From Basidiobolus meristosporus CBS 931.73 (Eukaryota > Fungi > Basidiobolomycota), in NCBI GenBank assembly GCA_002104905.1, contig MCFE01000809.1:1-34016 (forward strand): DNA of 34,016 nt, read 5' to 3'. Of the stretch, positions 1 through 14,932 are shown piece by piece. A program made the position numbers and the translations under genes. Every line of letters begins with the position of its first letter. The stretch's first letter is position 1. The notes below the pieces were generated by a model. The model worked only from the letters and a program-made list of their open reading frames with translations. It was not told the origin of the DNA and did not search any database.

Positions 1-3000
1 GGTCCTATATCCTAACTTTCATCACCTTAAAAAGACTATAGATTCTTGCCCTCATCACTTGGACTCTGGTCCTATATCTTTGCTCTCATCAACTGATTCA
101 AGGTCTTATTGACACCCCCCATTCTGTAGAGGAATATCCAAAATTTCAACTTTCAGCACCTGGACCCAGGTACTGGATCAAAACTTTCATCACTTAGACC
201 CAGATCCTGGATCTTAGCCTGCTTAAAAATGCCCAGGACCTCAATATAAAATATCATCAAGTTGAGCAGCTTCCAACTTGCAATTTTTGTGTTATGATCT
301 GCCACTTGAATGTTTAAATTAGATCAGTTTTTAGTCAAATCAATTAGTTACATGTTTAGGTTATCAGTATAACAGTATTATCTATCATATCAGTAACATC
401 AGTCAGCAAATGAGTCAGCAGATTCTTATTAGACAGAAATAGATATATTAAGTAGGGTCTTATTGGGTGGTGATGATGCAATCAAATGAGTCATCAGCCA
501 CAACTTACATTAGGAAATTCAATTAGTCAGCAATTGATCAGGCAGAATGTATATAAGGAGCTGCTGGAACCTCAATAAAGATCAGTTCAAGTTTTAGTGA
601 ATATAATACTAGCTAAACTCCCTATTCCTCTACAACTCCTATACCAAGTCTTGTAACATTTGATGATTTGAGCACAGGTCCCACGCCCCTACTTTCATCA
701 CCTTGAACCAGGTTTTAGATGTTTGCACTCATCACCTGGTCCAGGCCTTAGTTTTTTGCCCTTATCACCTAGACCAAGGTCCTGCATATATGCCCCCATT
801 TTAATGAGTAATATCCAAAGTTTCAGTCTTCAGTACATGGACCCATGTCATAGATCTCATCATTCATCTTATAAATGTGAGGGCTAGCCTCAGCTTGCAT
901 TTCCATGGCCCAGTCCTGGATATCTAGTCTTATTAAATGGCGTAATATCCAACATTACAACTTCTGGCACCCTAAACCCAGGTCCTACATCTCAGTGGTC
1001 ATTGCTTGATCCAGGTTATGGCTCATTGCTCTCATCAACTGAATGCAGCTTCTGGATCTTTGCCCTTATCAACTAGATCAAGGTGCTTATTGGCAACTCT
1101 GATTTCATTGAGAAATATCCAGATTTCCAACTATCAACACTTGAAACAAAGACCTAAATCTCAACTTTCATCTCTTGGACCCAGTTCCTACACCTTAGCT
1201 TGCATTACCATGCACAGGTTCAGGTCATCAACACTCATTAAATTCAACAACTTTTAACATTATAACTTTTAGCACATTAAGCCTATGCCCTACATGGTAA
1301 GCTTCATCACCTGGACCTGGGATCAAGATCCCAGCTATCATCACCTACACCCAAATTGTAAGTATCAAATCTTGGTACCTTTGCCCTTTTCTGGGATATC
1401 AAGCATTACTTCATTGAGTGATTCCCAGTCCTTACATTTCAGGTTCCATCACCTGGTCCTAGACTCAGTATCTTAGCTATTATAACCTTGACTCAGGTCC
1501 CGGATATCATATTTATCAAACTGACCCTGTTCTTAGATCTCAATCCTCATTTCATTAAGGAATATCAGAAATGTCAGCTTGCAGCATCTAGACCTGTGTC
1601 CTAGAGCTAAACTTTTATTACTTTGACCCAAGCCCTTGGTATTAGCTAGCATTAATTTGCCCAGCTTCTTGATATTGAATATCATTATATGAGGCAATAT
1701 CCAACAATAAAACTTATTCATCTTGAGCTAAGGTCCTACATATCTGCTTTAATAACCTTGATCCTGGTTCTAGATATCAACCCTGGTTACCAGACCCAAG
1801 TCCTTGATTACACCCCTTGTAACCTTGAGCAATATACAGGATTTCAACTTTCAGCACTTGGACCCAGGTCCTAGATCTTGACTCTAGTCAATTGAGCCCA
1901 GGTCCTGAATCTTAGCTTGTATTTTCAAGCCCAGATCCTTGATATTAAATCTCTTAGAATTGAGCAATACCTAACATTAAAACTTCAGGAACCTTGAGCC
2001 CAGGTTCTACATCTCAGCTTTGATAACCATGATCCAGGCTTGGATCTATGATCTGATTTCCTAGACCTGAGGCCTGGATGACACTCCGCATTACCTTAAT
2101 CAATGTGCAAAATTTCAACTTTCAGCACCTGGACCCAGGTCCAACATCTCACCTTTCATTAATTGTGGCCCAAGTTTTCATATCTTAGCTTGAATTACCA
2201 TGCTCAAGTACTGGATATCAACTCTGAGTAAATTGAACAATTTTTAACTTCACATAGTGGCACCTTGAGCCCAGGTCCTATATCTCAGCTTAAATACCTA
2301 AATCCAGGTTCTAGATTTTGACCCTTATCACATTGACCCAAGTCCTGAATGATACCCCACATTTCCTTGAGCAATATCCTAAATTCTAGCTCTCAGGACC
2401 TGGACCCAGGTCATTGACCTTAACTTGCATTACTATTCTTAGGACCTAGTATTGACCTTCATCAACTTGAGTCATATACAACAATACAGCTTTTAGCATC
2501 TTGAGCCTAGGTTCTATATCTCAGGTTTCATCTCCAGGACCTAGGTTCAAGATCTTAGCTATTATCACCTATACACAGTTTCTTAATATCAACATCAGCA
2601 ACTTGACCCTGGTCCTAGATAACAATAACATCCAGCTTAAGAACTGGTCCTATATCTCAACTTTCACCACCTTGAACCAGGTTCTGGATCTTTGCACTGG
2701 TCACTTGGTCCCAGGTTCTTGATCCTCACCCCTATCACCGTGACCAAGGTCTGAATGACAACCCTCTTTTCAATGAGTAATATTCAAAGTTTTCACTTTC
2801 AACACCTGGATCCAGGTCCAGCGTCCCACCTTTCTTCAGCTGAGGCTCAGGTCAGTTATTTTAGCTTACATTACCATGCCCAAGTCTTGGATATCAGACC
2901 TTGTTACATTGAGCGGTATCCAACTTATCAACCTTAGGTGCATTGAGCCCAAGACCTGTATCTTAGCTTTCTTCCCATTGAACCAGGCTCTAGTTATTTG

Positions 3001-3880
3001 CCCTCATCACCTGGGCCAGTTCCTTGTTCTTTGCACTCATCACCTGGACCAAGTTTCTGGATGACAATCATAATTTTGTAGAGCAATATCCAAGAGATAA
3101 ATTTTCTGCACCTGGACCCAGGTCCTAACTCTCTACCTTGAGCAATATCCAAAATATTAACTTTCAGCACCTGGACATAGGTCCTAGATCTCAGCTTTGA
3201 GCACTTTAACACAAGTCCTGGATATCAGGACTCATTAAATTGAGCAATATATACCATTGAAACTTCTGGCTTCTAGTGCCCAGGTCCTGCATCTGAAGTT
3301 TCTTCACCTTGAACCAAGCCCTAGTAATTTGCCCTCAACACCTGCTCCAAGGTCCTGGAAAGCATCCCTCATCTTATTGAGCAATATCCAGAAGTTCAAC
3401 TTGCAGCACCTGGACCCAGGTCCTAGATATCAGCTTTTATCACTTGGACCAATGCCATGGATATCAAGTTTAGATTAATAGAGTAACATCCAACATGAAA
3501 ACATCTGGCAGCTTGGGCCCAGGTTCTCAATAGCTGCCCTGAGTACATAGATTAAGCTTGTGGATAACACACTTCATCATCCTGCTCAGTGTCCAATTTG
3601 TCAACTTCCTGCACCTGGACCTAGGTCATAGATCTCAACTTTCAGCACTGGGATAAGGATCCTGGATACCAGGACTCATCAAATGGAGCAATATCTAACA
3701 GTAAAACTTCTGGCAACTAGAACCTGAGTTCTGTTTCTTGACTCTTATTCCCTTGAACCAGGCCCTTGTTATTTGCCCTCACAAACTGGCCCAATGTCAT
3801 GGATGACAACGCTCATCTCATTGAGCTTTATCCAAAAGCTCATCTTTCAGTATTGGGAGGCATATTCTAAATCTCAACCT
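1..3880. repeat. Diverged complex satellite, left outer layer (interrupted by solo LTR at 290-658)
   Basis: Recurrent ~34-bp subunits with CACCTGGACCCAGGTCC-like cores, interspersed with a GAGCAATATCCAA motif (e.g. 1970s, 2368, 3083, 3143, 3381). Units are much more divergent than in the central arrays. Right boundary approximate. Confidence 0.85.
290..658 (+). mobile_element. Ty3/gypsy solo LTR (369 bp), same family as LTR at 27107-27474
   Basis: Ends TGTTA...TAACA; 4-bp TSD TTTG at 286-289 and 659-662. Hand alignment to 27107-27474 gives about 33 mismatches plus 1 gap (~91%). TATATAA 550-556, AATAAA 574-579. No PBS or PPT adjacent. Confidence 0.93.
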
Positions 3881-3884
3881 TCAG

Positions 3885-6800
3885 AACTTGCGCCCAGGTC
3901 CTGGGTGTAATACTGGAATTAATAGATTAATATCAAACATGGAATTGGCACCTGTCTCTAGGTCCTAAATGTTAACCTTCAGAACCTGGACCCAGTCCTG
4001 GATGTAATACTGGATTCAACAGAGTAATATCAAACATGCAATTGGCACCTGGCTCTAGGTCCTAAGTCTCAGCCTTTATCACCTGGACCAAGGTCCTGGA
4101 TGTCACACTGGAGTTAATAGAGTAATAACCAATTTGTAATCCTCACCTGGCTCTAGGTCCTTAATCTCAGCGTTAAGCACTTTGACCCCGGTCCTGTATG
4201 TCATATTGGAATTAATAGAGTGATATGCAACATGCAATCAGCACCTGGCTCTAGGTCCAAATTCTCAGCTTTAAGCACATGGATCTAGGTACTGGATGCC
4301 ATACTAGAATAAGTATAGTATATCAAACATGAAATAGGAACCTGGCTCCAGGTGCTAAATCTTAGCCTTCAGTATCTAGACCAAGGTTCTGGATGACATA
4401 TTGGAATAAATATAGTAATAACAAACATCAAATCAACACCTGGCTCCGGGCCCTAAGTCTTAGCTTCAAGCACCTGGACCCAGTTCCTGGATATCATATT
4501 GGAACCAATAGAGTCATATTCAACAGCAATCAGCATCTGGCTCTAGGTCCTAAATCTTAGCCTTTGACACCTGGATCCAGGTCCTGGATATCATATTGGA
4601 ACTAATAGAGTGATATTCAACAAGCAATCAACATTGGGCTCTAGGTCCTGAATCTCATCTTTAATCACCTGGATCCAGGTCCTGGATGTCATACTGGAAT
4701 TAATAGAGTAATAACCAACATGAAATCCTCACCTGGCTCTAGGTCCTTGCTCTCAGCTTTAAGCACCTGGACCCAGGTCCTGTATGTCATATTGGAATTA
4801 ATAGAGTGATATGCAACATGCAATCAGCACCTGGCTCTAGGTCCAAATTCTCAGCTTTAAGCACATGGATCTAGGTACTGGATGCCATACTAGAATAAGC
4901 ATAGTATATCAAACATGAAATAGGAACCTGGCTCCAGGTCCTAAATCTCAGCTTTAAGCACCTAAAGGCAGGTCCAGAATGTCATATTGGATTAAGCAGA
5001 GTAATAACAAATATGAGATCTTCACCTGGCTCCAGGTCCTAAATATTAGTCATCAGCACCTGGACCAAAGGATGACATACTGGAGTTAATAGAGTAAAAA
5101 CAAGCATGAAATCAACACCTGGCTTGGGGTCCTAAATCTTGGCTTCAAGCACCTGGACCCCGGTCCTGGATATCATATTGGAGCTAATAGAGTGATGTTC
5201 AACTAGCAATCAGCATCTGGCTCTAGGTCCTAAATGTCAGCTTTAAGCACCTGGACCCAGGTCCTGTATATCATACTGGCATAAATAGAGTAATAACCAA
5301 CATGAAATCCTCACCTGGCTCTAGGTCCTAATACTCAGCTTTAAGCACCTGGATCCAGGTCCAGGATGTCATACTGGAATAAGTATAGTAATATCAAACA
5401 TGAAATTGGCACCTGGCTCCAGGTCCTCAATCTCAGCTTTAAGCACCTGGATCAAGGTCCTGGATGTCATATTGGAATAAATATAATAATATCTAAGATG
5501 AAATCTGCACCTGGCTCCAGGTGCTAGATCTTAACCTTCAGTATCTAGACTAAGGTCCTGGATGACATATTGGAATAAATATAGTAATAACAAACATCAA
5601 ATCAACACCTGGCTCCGGGCCCTAAGTCTCAGCTTCAAGCACCTGGACCCAGTTCCTTGATATCATATTGGAACCAATAGAGTCATATTCAACAGCAATC
5701 AGCATCTGGCTCTAGGTCCTAAATCTTAGCCTTTGACACCTGGATCCAGGTCCTGGATATCATATTGGAACTAATAGAGTGATATTCAAAAAGCAATCAG
5801 CATTGGGCTCTGGGTCCTGAATCTCATCTTTAATCACCTGGATCTAGTTCCAAATACTCAGCATTAAGCACATGGATCCAGGCCCTGGATGTCATACTGG
5901 AATAAGTATAGTAATATCAAACATGAAATTGCAACCTGGCTCCAGGTCCTAAATCTCAGCTTAAAGCCCCAAAACCCAGGTCTAGGATGTCATATTGGAT
6001 TAAACAGAATGATAACAAGCATGAAATCTGCACCTGGCTCCAGGTCCTAAATATTAGTCTTCAGCACCTGGACCAAGGTTGTGGATGACATGCTGGAATT
6101 AATAGAGTAAAAACAAGCATAAAATCAATACCTGGCTTGGGGCTCTAAATCTCAGCTTCAAGCACCTTGACCCCAGTCCTGGATATCATATTGGAGCTAA
6201 TAGAGTGATGTTCAACTAGCAATCAGCATCTGGCTCTAGGTCCTAAATGTCAGCTTTAAGCACCTGGACCTAGGTCCTGTATATCATACTGGCATTAATA
6301 GAGTAATAACCAACATTAAATCCTCACCTGGCTCTATGTCCTGAATATCCACCTTCAGCACCTGTACCCAGGTCCTGGATGTAATACTTGAATTAATAAA
6401 GTAATATCAAATATGCAATGAGCACATGGCGCTTGGTCCTAAATCTCAACCTTCAGAACCTGGACCCAGGTCCTGGATGTAATACTGGAATCAACAGAGT
6501 AATATAAAACATGCAATCAGCACCTGGCTCTAGGTCCTAGGTCTCAGCTTTCAGCACCTGGGCCCAGGTCCTAGATGTCATACTGGAGTTAATAGAGTAA
6601 TGACAAACATAAAGTCAGCACCTGGCTCTGGGTCCTAAATTTCAGCCTAAGGTATCTGGGCCCAAGCCCTAGATGTCATACTGTAATTAATAGAGTAATA
6701 TCAAGAATGCAATCAGCACCTGACTCTAGTTCCTAATACTCAGCCTTAGGCACCTGGACCCAGGTCCTGGATGTCATATTGGAATTAATAGAGTGATATG

Positions 6801-8855
6801 CAACATTTAATCAGTACCTGGCTCTATTTCCTAAATCTCAGCTTTCAGCACCTGGGCCCAGGTACTAGATAACATACTGGAGTTGATAGAGTAATAACAA
6901 ACATAAAATCAGCACCTAGCTCCGGGTCCTAAATCTCAGCTTAAGGTATCTGGGCCCAGGTCCTAGATGTTGTACTGGAATAAATAGAATAATATCAAAC
7001 AGGCAATCAGCACCTGGCTCTAGGTCCTAAATCTCAGCCTTTATTACCAGGACTAAGGTCCTGGACGTCATATTGGAATTAATAGAGTAATAACCAACAT
7101 GGAATCCTCACCCAACTCTAGGTCCATGATCTCAGCTTTCAGCACCTGGACCCAGGTCCTGGATGTCATATTAGTATTAATAGAGTGATATGCAACATTA
7201 AACAGCACCTGGCGCTATGTTCTGAATCTCAGCTGTAAGCACCTGGGCACAGGTCCTAGATGACAAATTGGAGTAAATATAATAATAACAAACATAAGTC
7301 AGCACCTGGCTCTGGGTTCTAAATCTCAGCTTAAGGCATCTGGGCCCAGGTCCTAGATGTCATACTGTAATTAATAGAGTAATACCAAACATGCAATCAG
7401 CACCTGGCTCTAGGTCCTAACACTCAGCTTTAAGCACCTGGATTCAGGTCCTGGATCTTGTACCGGAATAAATATAGTAATATCAAACATGAAATATTCA
7501 CCTGGCTCCAGGTCCTAAATCTCAGCCTTAAGCACCTAAACCCTGGTCCAGGATGTCATATTGGAAAAAATAAAGTAATAACAAACATGAAATCTGCAGC
7601 TGGCTCCAAGTCCTAAATCTTGGCCTTCAGCACCTAGACCAAGGTCCCGGATGACATACTGGAATTAATAGAGTATTAACAAACATGAAATCAACACCTG
7701 GCTCTGGCCCTAAATCTCAGCTTCAAGCACCTGGATCCAGATCCTGGATATCATATTGGAACTAATAGAGTGATATTCAACAAGCAATCAGCACTGGGCT
7801 CTAGGTCCTGAATCTCAGCTTTAATCACCTGGACCCAGGTCCTGGATGTCATACTGGAATTAATAGAGTAATAACCAACACAAAATCATCACCTGCCTCT
7901 AGGTCATTGATCTCAGCTTTCAGCACCTGAACTCATGTCCTTGATGTCATTTTGGAATTAATAGAGTGATATGCAACATTTAATCTGCACCTGGCTCTAC
8001 GTCCTGAATCTCAGCTTTAGGCACCTGCGCCCAGGTCCTAGACAACATACTGGAGTAAATAGAATAATAACCAACATAAAATCAGCACCTGGCTCTAGGT
8101 CCTAATACTCAGCTTTAAGCACCTGGATCCAGGTCCTGGATATCATACTGGAATAAATATGGTAATATCAAACATGATATTGGCACCTGGCTACAGGTCC
8201 TGAATCTCAGCTTTGAGCACCTAAAACCAGGTCCAGGATGTCATATTGGAATATATAGAGTAATAACAAACATGAAATCTGCACCTGGCTCCAAGTCCTA
8301 AATCTTAGCCTCCAGCACCTAAACTCAGCTTTAAGCATCTAACCCAGGTCCTGGGTGTCATATTGGAATTAAGAAAGAGATATCCAACATGCAATCAGTA
8401 CCGGGCACTAGGTCCTGAATCTCAGTCTTCAACACCTGGAACCAGGTCCTGGTTTTGAACATATTCACCTGCACTTTGGTCCTGAATAGCAATTCTTAAT
8501 TAGCAGAGTAATATCAATATGCAATCAGCACCTAGCACTAGCCCCTAAATCCCAGCCATCAGCACCCAGACTAAGATCCTTGATGTCATATTGGAATTAA
8601 TAGTGTATTATGTAACATGCAGTCAGCATCTGGCTTTAGGCCCTAAATCTCAGCCTTCAGCACCTGGACCTGGTTCCTGGATGTAATACTTGAATTAATA
8701 AAGCAATATCAAACATGCAATCAGCACCTGGCTCCAGGTCCTAAATCTCAGCCTTCAGAACCTGGACCCAGGTCCTAGGTTTCAACTTTATTCACCTGGA
8801 CCATGTTCCTAAATAATACTTCTTAATTAATAGAGTAATATCTAACATGCAATCA
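3885..8855. repeat. 98-bp tandem satellite (~50 copies; 34+34+30 bp structure)
   Basis: Consensus approx. CAGCACCTGGCTCTAGGTCCTAAATCTCAGCTTT AAGCACCTGGACCCAGGTCCTGGATGTCATACTG GAATTAATAGAGTAATATCAAACATGCAAT. Anchor G(T/C)CAT at 4688, 4786, 4884 (period 98). Boundaries approximate. Confidence 0.9.
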
Positions 8856-9915
8856 GCACCTGGATCCACATCATGGATCTCATACTCAGCACCTGGACCC
8901 AGGTCCTGGATCTAAACTTTCAGCACCTGGGCCTAGTTCCTAGATCTCAAGCTTCAGCACCTGGATCCAGGTTGTAGATCTCAAGCTTCAGCACCTGGAT
9001 CCAGGTTGTAGATCTCAACCTTCAGCACCTGGTTCCAAGTTCCAGGTCATTGCTTTTATCCCTCAGCACCTCAACCTACGTCATGGTTATCATTCTTCAG
9101 CACCTGGTCCCAGGTCATTATTCTTATTGTTCAGCACCTGTACCCAGGACCTATATCTCATCCTTCAGCACCTGGATCGAGGTCATGGCCCTTGTCCTTC
9201 AGCACCTACACCCAGGTCCTAAATCTCAAATTTCAGCTCCTGGGCCCAGGTCCTAGATCTTATTCTTCAGCTTAAGATTGTAGAACTCTGCTTTCAGCAC
9301 CTGGATCCAGGTCCTAAATCTCAGCCTTCAGCATCTGGACATCGGTCCTAGATATCATCCTTCAGCATGGCTCTTATCCTTCATCACCTGGACCCAGGTC
9401 TTAGATCTCAACTTTCAGCACCTGGACACAGGTCCTAGATCTCATCCTTCAGCACCTGGACCTAGATCCTGGACCTAGGTTCTAGGTCTCATTCTTCAAC
9501 ACCTGGTCCCAGGTCCTATATTTAAACTTTCAGCACCTGCACCCAGGACCTAGATCTCATCCTTCAGCACCTGGATCCAGATTATGGCTCTTGTTCTTCA
9601 GCACCTACACCCAGGTCCTTGATCTCAGCATTCAGCACCTTGACCCAGGTTGTTGATCTCAACCGTCAGCACCTGGACCCATATGATGGATCTCATCCTG
9701 CATTACCTGGACCAGGTTCTAGATCTCAGCTTTCAGCACCTGGACACAGGTCCTAGATCTCAACCTGCTGCACCTGGACCCAGGTCATGGCTCTTATCCT
9801 TCAGCACATACACCCAGGTCCTAGATCTCAACTGTCAGCACCTGGGCCTAGGTCCAAGATCTCAAGTTTCAGCACATGGACTCAGGTCTTGGATCTCAAC
9901 TTTGATCACTAGGAC

Positions 9916-10149
9916 CTAGATCAAGGATGACAAATCTCATTTAGTAGATCAATATGTGACATGACAACCTCTGGCATCTGGAGCCCAGGTTCTAAGCCTC
10001 TTCCCTTATCTCCCAGACCCAGGTTGTGGATGAAACTCCTCATTTTCTTGAGCAATGTCCAAAATGTGCACCATCAGCACCTGGACCCAGGCACTAAATC
10101 TGAAATTTAAGAACTTGGACAAAGGGCCGGGTTACCAAGATGCAGGTTG
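9916..10149. repeat. ~235-bp non-monomer island, copy 1 of 3
   Basis: CTAGATCAAGGATGACAA...GAGCAATGTCCAAAATG...GTTACCAAGATGCAGGTTG. Both ends recur at the same offsets, +3560 and +5300. Confidence 0.9.
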
Positions 10150-13100
10150 CAAATCTCAACCTTCAGCACCAGGATTCAGGTCCTTGATCTCAACCTTCAG
10201 CTCCTGGACCCATGTCTTCAATCTTATCCTTCAGCACCTGAACCCAGGTCCTAGATCTCAAGCTTCAGCACCTGGACCCACATCATGGATCACATCCTTC
10301 AGCACCTGGGCCTAGGTCCTAGATCTCAAGCTTCAGCACCTGGATCCAGGTTGTAGATCTCAACCTTCAGCACCTGGATCCAGGTCCCAGGTCATTGCTC
10401 TTATCCTTCAACACCTGGACCTACGCCATGGATATTATTCTTCAGCACCTGTACCCAGGACCTAGATCTCATCCTGCAGCACCTGGATCCAGGTCATGGC
10501 CCTTGTCCTTCAGCACCTACACCCAGGTCCTAGATCTCAAATTTCAGCTCCTGGGCCCAGGTCCTAGATCTTATTCTTCAGCTTAAGGTTGTAGAGCTCT
10601 GCTTTCAGCACCTGGATCCAGGTCCTAAATCTCAGCCTACAGCATCTGGACACAGGTCCTAGATATCATCCTTCAGCATGGCTCTTATCCTTCATCACCT
10701 GCACCCAGGTCTTAGATCTCAACTTTCAGAACCTGGACACATCTCCTAGATCTCATTCTTCAGCACCTGGACCTAGATCCTGGACCTAGGTTCTACGTCT
10801 CATCCTTCAACACCTGGTCCCAGGTCCTATATTTAAACTTTCAGCACCTGCACCCAGGACCTAGATCTCATCCTTCAGCACCTGGATCCAGATTATGGCT
10901 CTTATTCTTCAGCACCTACACCCAGGTCCTTGATCTCAGCTTTCAGCACCTGGACCAGGTTCTAGATCTCAGCTTTCAGCAACTGCACTCAGGTCCTAGA
11001 TCTCAACCTGCAGCACCTGGACCCAGGTCATGGCTCTTATCCTTCAGCACCTGGATCCAGGTCCTAGATCTCAGGCTTCAGCACCTGGACCCACATCATT
11101 GATCACATCCTTCAGCATCTGGGCCTAGGTCCTAGATCTCAAGCTTCAGCACCTGGATCCAGGTTGTAGATCTCAAGCTTCAGCACCTGGATCCAGGTTG
11201 TAGATCTCAACCTTCAGCACCTGGATCCGGGTCCCAGGTCATTGCTCTTATCCTTCAACACCTGGACCTACGTCATGGATATTATTCTTCAGCACCTGTA
11301 CCCAGGACCTAGATCTCATTGTTCAGCACCTGGATCCAGGTCATGGCCCTTGTGCTTCAGCACGTACACCCAGCTCCTAGATCTCAAATTTCAGCTCCTG
11401 AGCCCAGGTCCTAGATCTTATTCTTCAGCTTAAGGTTGTAGAACTCTGCTTTCAGCACCTGGATACAGGTCCTAAATTTCAGCCTTCAGCATCTTGACAC
11501 AGGTCCTAGATATCAGCTTTCAGCATGGCTCTTATCCTTCATCACCTGGACCCAGGTCTTAGATCTCAACTTTCAGAACCTGGACACAGCTCCTAGATCT
11601 CATTCTTCAGCACCTGGACCTAGATCCTGGACCTAGGTTCTAGGTCTCATCCTTCAACACCTGGTCCCAGGTCCTATATTTAAACTTTCAGCACCTGCAC
11701 CCAGGACCTAGATCTCATCCTTCAGCACCTGGATCCAGATTATGGCTCTTGTTCTTCAGCATCTACACCCAGGTCCTTGATCTCAGCTTTCAGCACCTGG
11801 GCCCAGGTCCTTGATATCAAGCTTCAACACCTGGACCCAGGTTGTTGATCTCAACCTTCAGCACCTGGATCCATATGATGGATCTCATCCTGCATTACCT
11901 GGACCAGGTTCTAGATCTCAGCTTTCAGCAACTGCACTCAGGTCCTAGATCTCAACCTGCAGCACCTGGACCCAGGTCATGGCTCTTATCCTTCAGCACC
12001 TGGACCCAGGTCCTAGATCTCAAGCTTCAGCACCTGGACCCACATCATGGATCACATCCTTCAGCACCTGGGCCTAGGTCCAAGATCTCAAGCTTCAGCA
12101 CCTGGATCCAGGTTGTAGATCTCAACCTTCAGCACCTGGATCCAGGTCCCAGGTCATTGCTCTTATCCGTCAACACCTGGACCTACGTCATGGATATTAT
12201 ACTTCAGCACCTGTACCCAGGACCTAGATCTCATCCTTCAGCACCTGAATCCAGGTCATGGCCCTTGTCCTTCAGCACCTACACCCAGGTCCTAGATCTC
12301 AAATTTCAGCTCCTGGGCCCAGGTCCTAAATCTTATTCTTCAGCACCTGGACCTAGATCATGGACCTGGGTTCTAGGTCTCATCCTTCATCACCTGGTCC
12401 CAGGTCCTATATTTAAGCTTTCAGCACCTGCACCCAGGACCTAGATCTCATCCTTCAGCACCTGGATCCTGATTATGGCTCTTGTTCTTCAGCACCTACA
12501 CCCAGGTCCTTGATCTTGGCTTTCAGCACCTGGGCCCAGGTCCTCAATATCAAGCTTCAGCACCTGGACCCATATGATGGATCTCATCCTGCATTACCTG
12601 GACCAGGTTCTAGATCTCAGCTTTCAGCACCTGGACACAGGTCCTAGATCTCAACCTGCAGCACCTGGACCCAGGTCATGGCTCTTATCCTTCAGCACAT
12701 ACACCCAGGTCCTAGATCTCAACTTTCAGCACCTGGACCCAGGCCCTAAGTCTCAAGTTTAAGAACTTGGACAAAGGTCCAAGTTACCAAGATGCCGGTT
12801 GTAGATTGCAACCTTCAGCACCAGGAGCCAGGTTTTAGATCTCAACCTTCAGTACCTGGACCCAAGTCATGGATTTTATTCCATCAGCACCTGGACCCAG
12901 GTCTCAAATCACTTCCTTCAACACCAGGACCCAGGATCTATATCTTAACCTTTGGCACTGGGACCTGGGTCCTAATTCTCAACTTTCAGCACCAGTACCA
13001 AGGTACTAGGTCTCATCCTTCAGCACATGATCCCAGGTCATGGCTCTTATCCTTTAGCACCTGAACCTAGGTCTAAGATCTAATGCTTCAGCACCTGAAC

Positions 13101-13475
13101 TCACGTCATGGATCTTATCCTTCAGCACCTTGACCCAGGTCTTAGGTCTAATCCTTCAACACCTGGACCCAGGTTGTAGATTTCAACATTTCAGCACCTG
13201 CACCTGGGACCAAGATCTCATCCTTCAGCACCTGGATCCAGATCATGGCTCTTGTTGTTCAGCACCTATACCCAGGTCCTAGATCTCAGCTTTCAGCACC
13301 TGGGCCCAGGTCCTGGATCTCAAGCTTCAGCACCTGGACCCAGGTTGTTGATCTCAACTGTCAGCACCTGGACACAGGTTCTAGATCTCAACTTTCAGCA
13401 CCTGGACCCACATCATGAATCTCAAGCTTCAGCACCTGGACTCAGGTCTTGGATCTCAACTTTGATTGCTTGGAC

Positions 13476-13709
13476 CTAGATCAAGGATGACAAGTCTCAT
13501 TTAGTAGATCAATATGTGACATGACAACCTCTGGCATCTGGAGCCCAGGTTCTAAGCCTCTTCCCTTATCTCCCAGACCCAGGTTGTGGATGAAACTCCT
13601 CATTTTCTTGAGCAATGTCCAAAATGTGCACCATCAGCACCTGGACCCAGGCCCTAAATCTCAAATTTAAGAACTTGGACAAAGGTCCAGGTTACCAAGA
13701 TGCAGGTTG
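13476..13709. repeat. ~235-bp non-monomer island, copy 2 of 3
   Basis: Near-identical to 9916-10149 (TCAAGGATGA at 13481, GTTACCAAGA at 13691). Confidence 0.9.
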
Positions 13710-14320
13710 TTGATCTCAACCTTCAGCACCTGGACCCATGTCATGGATCTTATCCTTCAGCACCTGGACTCAGGTCCTAGATCACAAGCTTCAGCACCCG
13801 GACCCACATCATGGATCACATCCTTCAGGACCTGGGCCTAGGTCCTAGATCTCAAGCTTCAGCACATGGATCCAGGTTGTAGATCTCAACCTTCAGCACT
13901 TGGATCCAGGTCCCCGGTCATTGTTCTTATCCTTCAACACCTGGACCTACGTCATGGTTATCATTCTTCAGCACCTGGTCCCAGGTCATTATTCTTATTG
14001 TTCAGCACCTGTACCCAGGACCTAGATCTCATCCTTCAGCACCTGGATCCAGGTCATGGCCCTTGTCCTTCAGCGCCTACACCCAGGTCCTAGATCTCAA
14101 ATTTCAGCTCCTGGGCCCAGGTCCTAGATCATATTCTTCAGCTTAAGGTTGTAGAACTCTGCTTTCAGCACTTGGATCCAGGTCCTAAATCTCAGCCTTC
14201 AGCATCTGGACACAGGTCCAAGATATCATCCTTCAGCATGGCTCTTATCCTTCATCACCTGGACCCAGGTCTTAGATCTCAATCTTCAGCACCTGGACAC
14301 AGGTCCTAGATCTCATCCTT

Positions 14321-14932
14321 CAGCACCTGGACCTAGGTTCTAGGTCTCATCCTTCAACACCTGGTCCCAGGTCCTATATTTAAAGTTTCAGCACCTGCAC
14401 CCAGGACTTAGATCTCATCCTTCAGCACCTGGATCCAGATTATGGCTCTTGTTCTTCAGCACCTACACCCAGGTCCTTGATCTCAGCTTTCAGCACCTGG
14501 GCCCAGGTCCTAGATCTCAAGCTTCAGCACCTGGACCTAGGTTCTAGGTCTCATCCTTCAACACCTGGTCCCAGGTCCTATATTTAAAGTTTCAGCACCT
14601 GCACCCAGGACTTAGATCTCATCCTTCAGCACCTGGATCCAGATTATGGCTCTTGTTCTTCAGCACCTACACCCAGGTCCTTGATCTCAGCTTTCAGCAC
14701 CTGGACACAGGTCCTAGATCTCATCCTTCAGCACCTGGACCTAGGTTCTAGGTCTCATCCTTCAACACCTGGTCCCAGGTCCTATATTTAAAGTTTCAGC
14801 ACCTGCACCCAGGACTTAGATCTCATCCTTCAGCACCTGGATCCAGATTATGGCTCTTGTTCTTCAGCACCTACACCCAGGTCCTTGATCTCAGCTTTCA
14901 GCACCTGGGCCCAGGTCCTAGATCTCAAGCTT
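14321..14932. repeat. 204-bp (6 x 34) higher-order repeat, three tandem near-identical copies
   Basis: Units start at 14321, 14525, 14729. Diagnostic CCTATATTTAAAGTTTCAGC at 14373, 14577, 14781. Confidence 0.92.
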
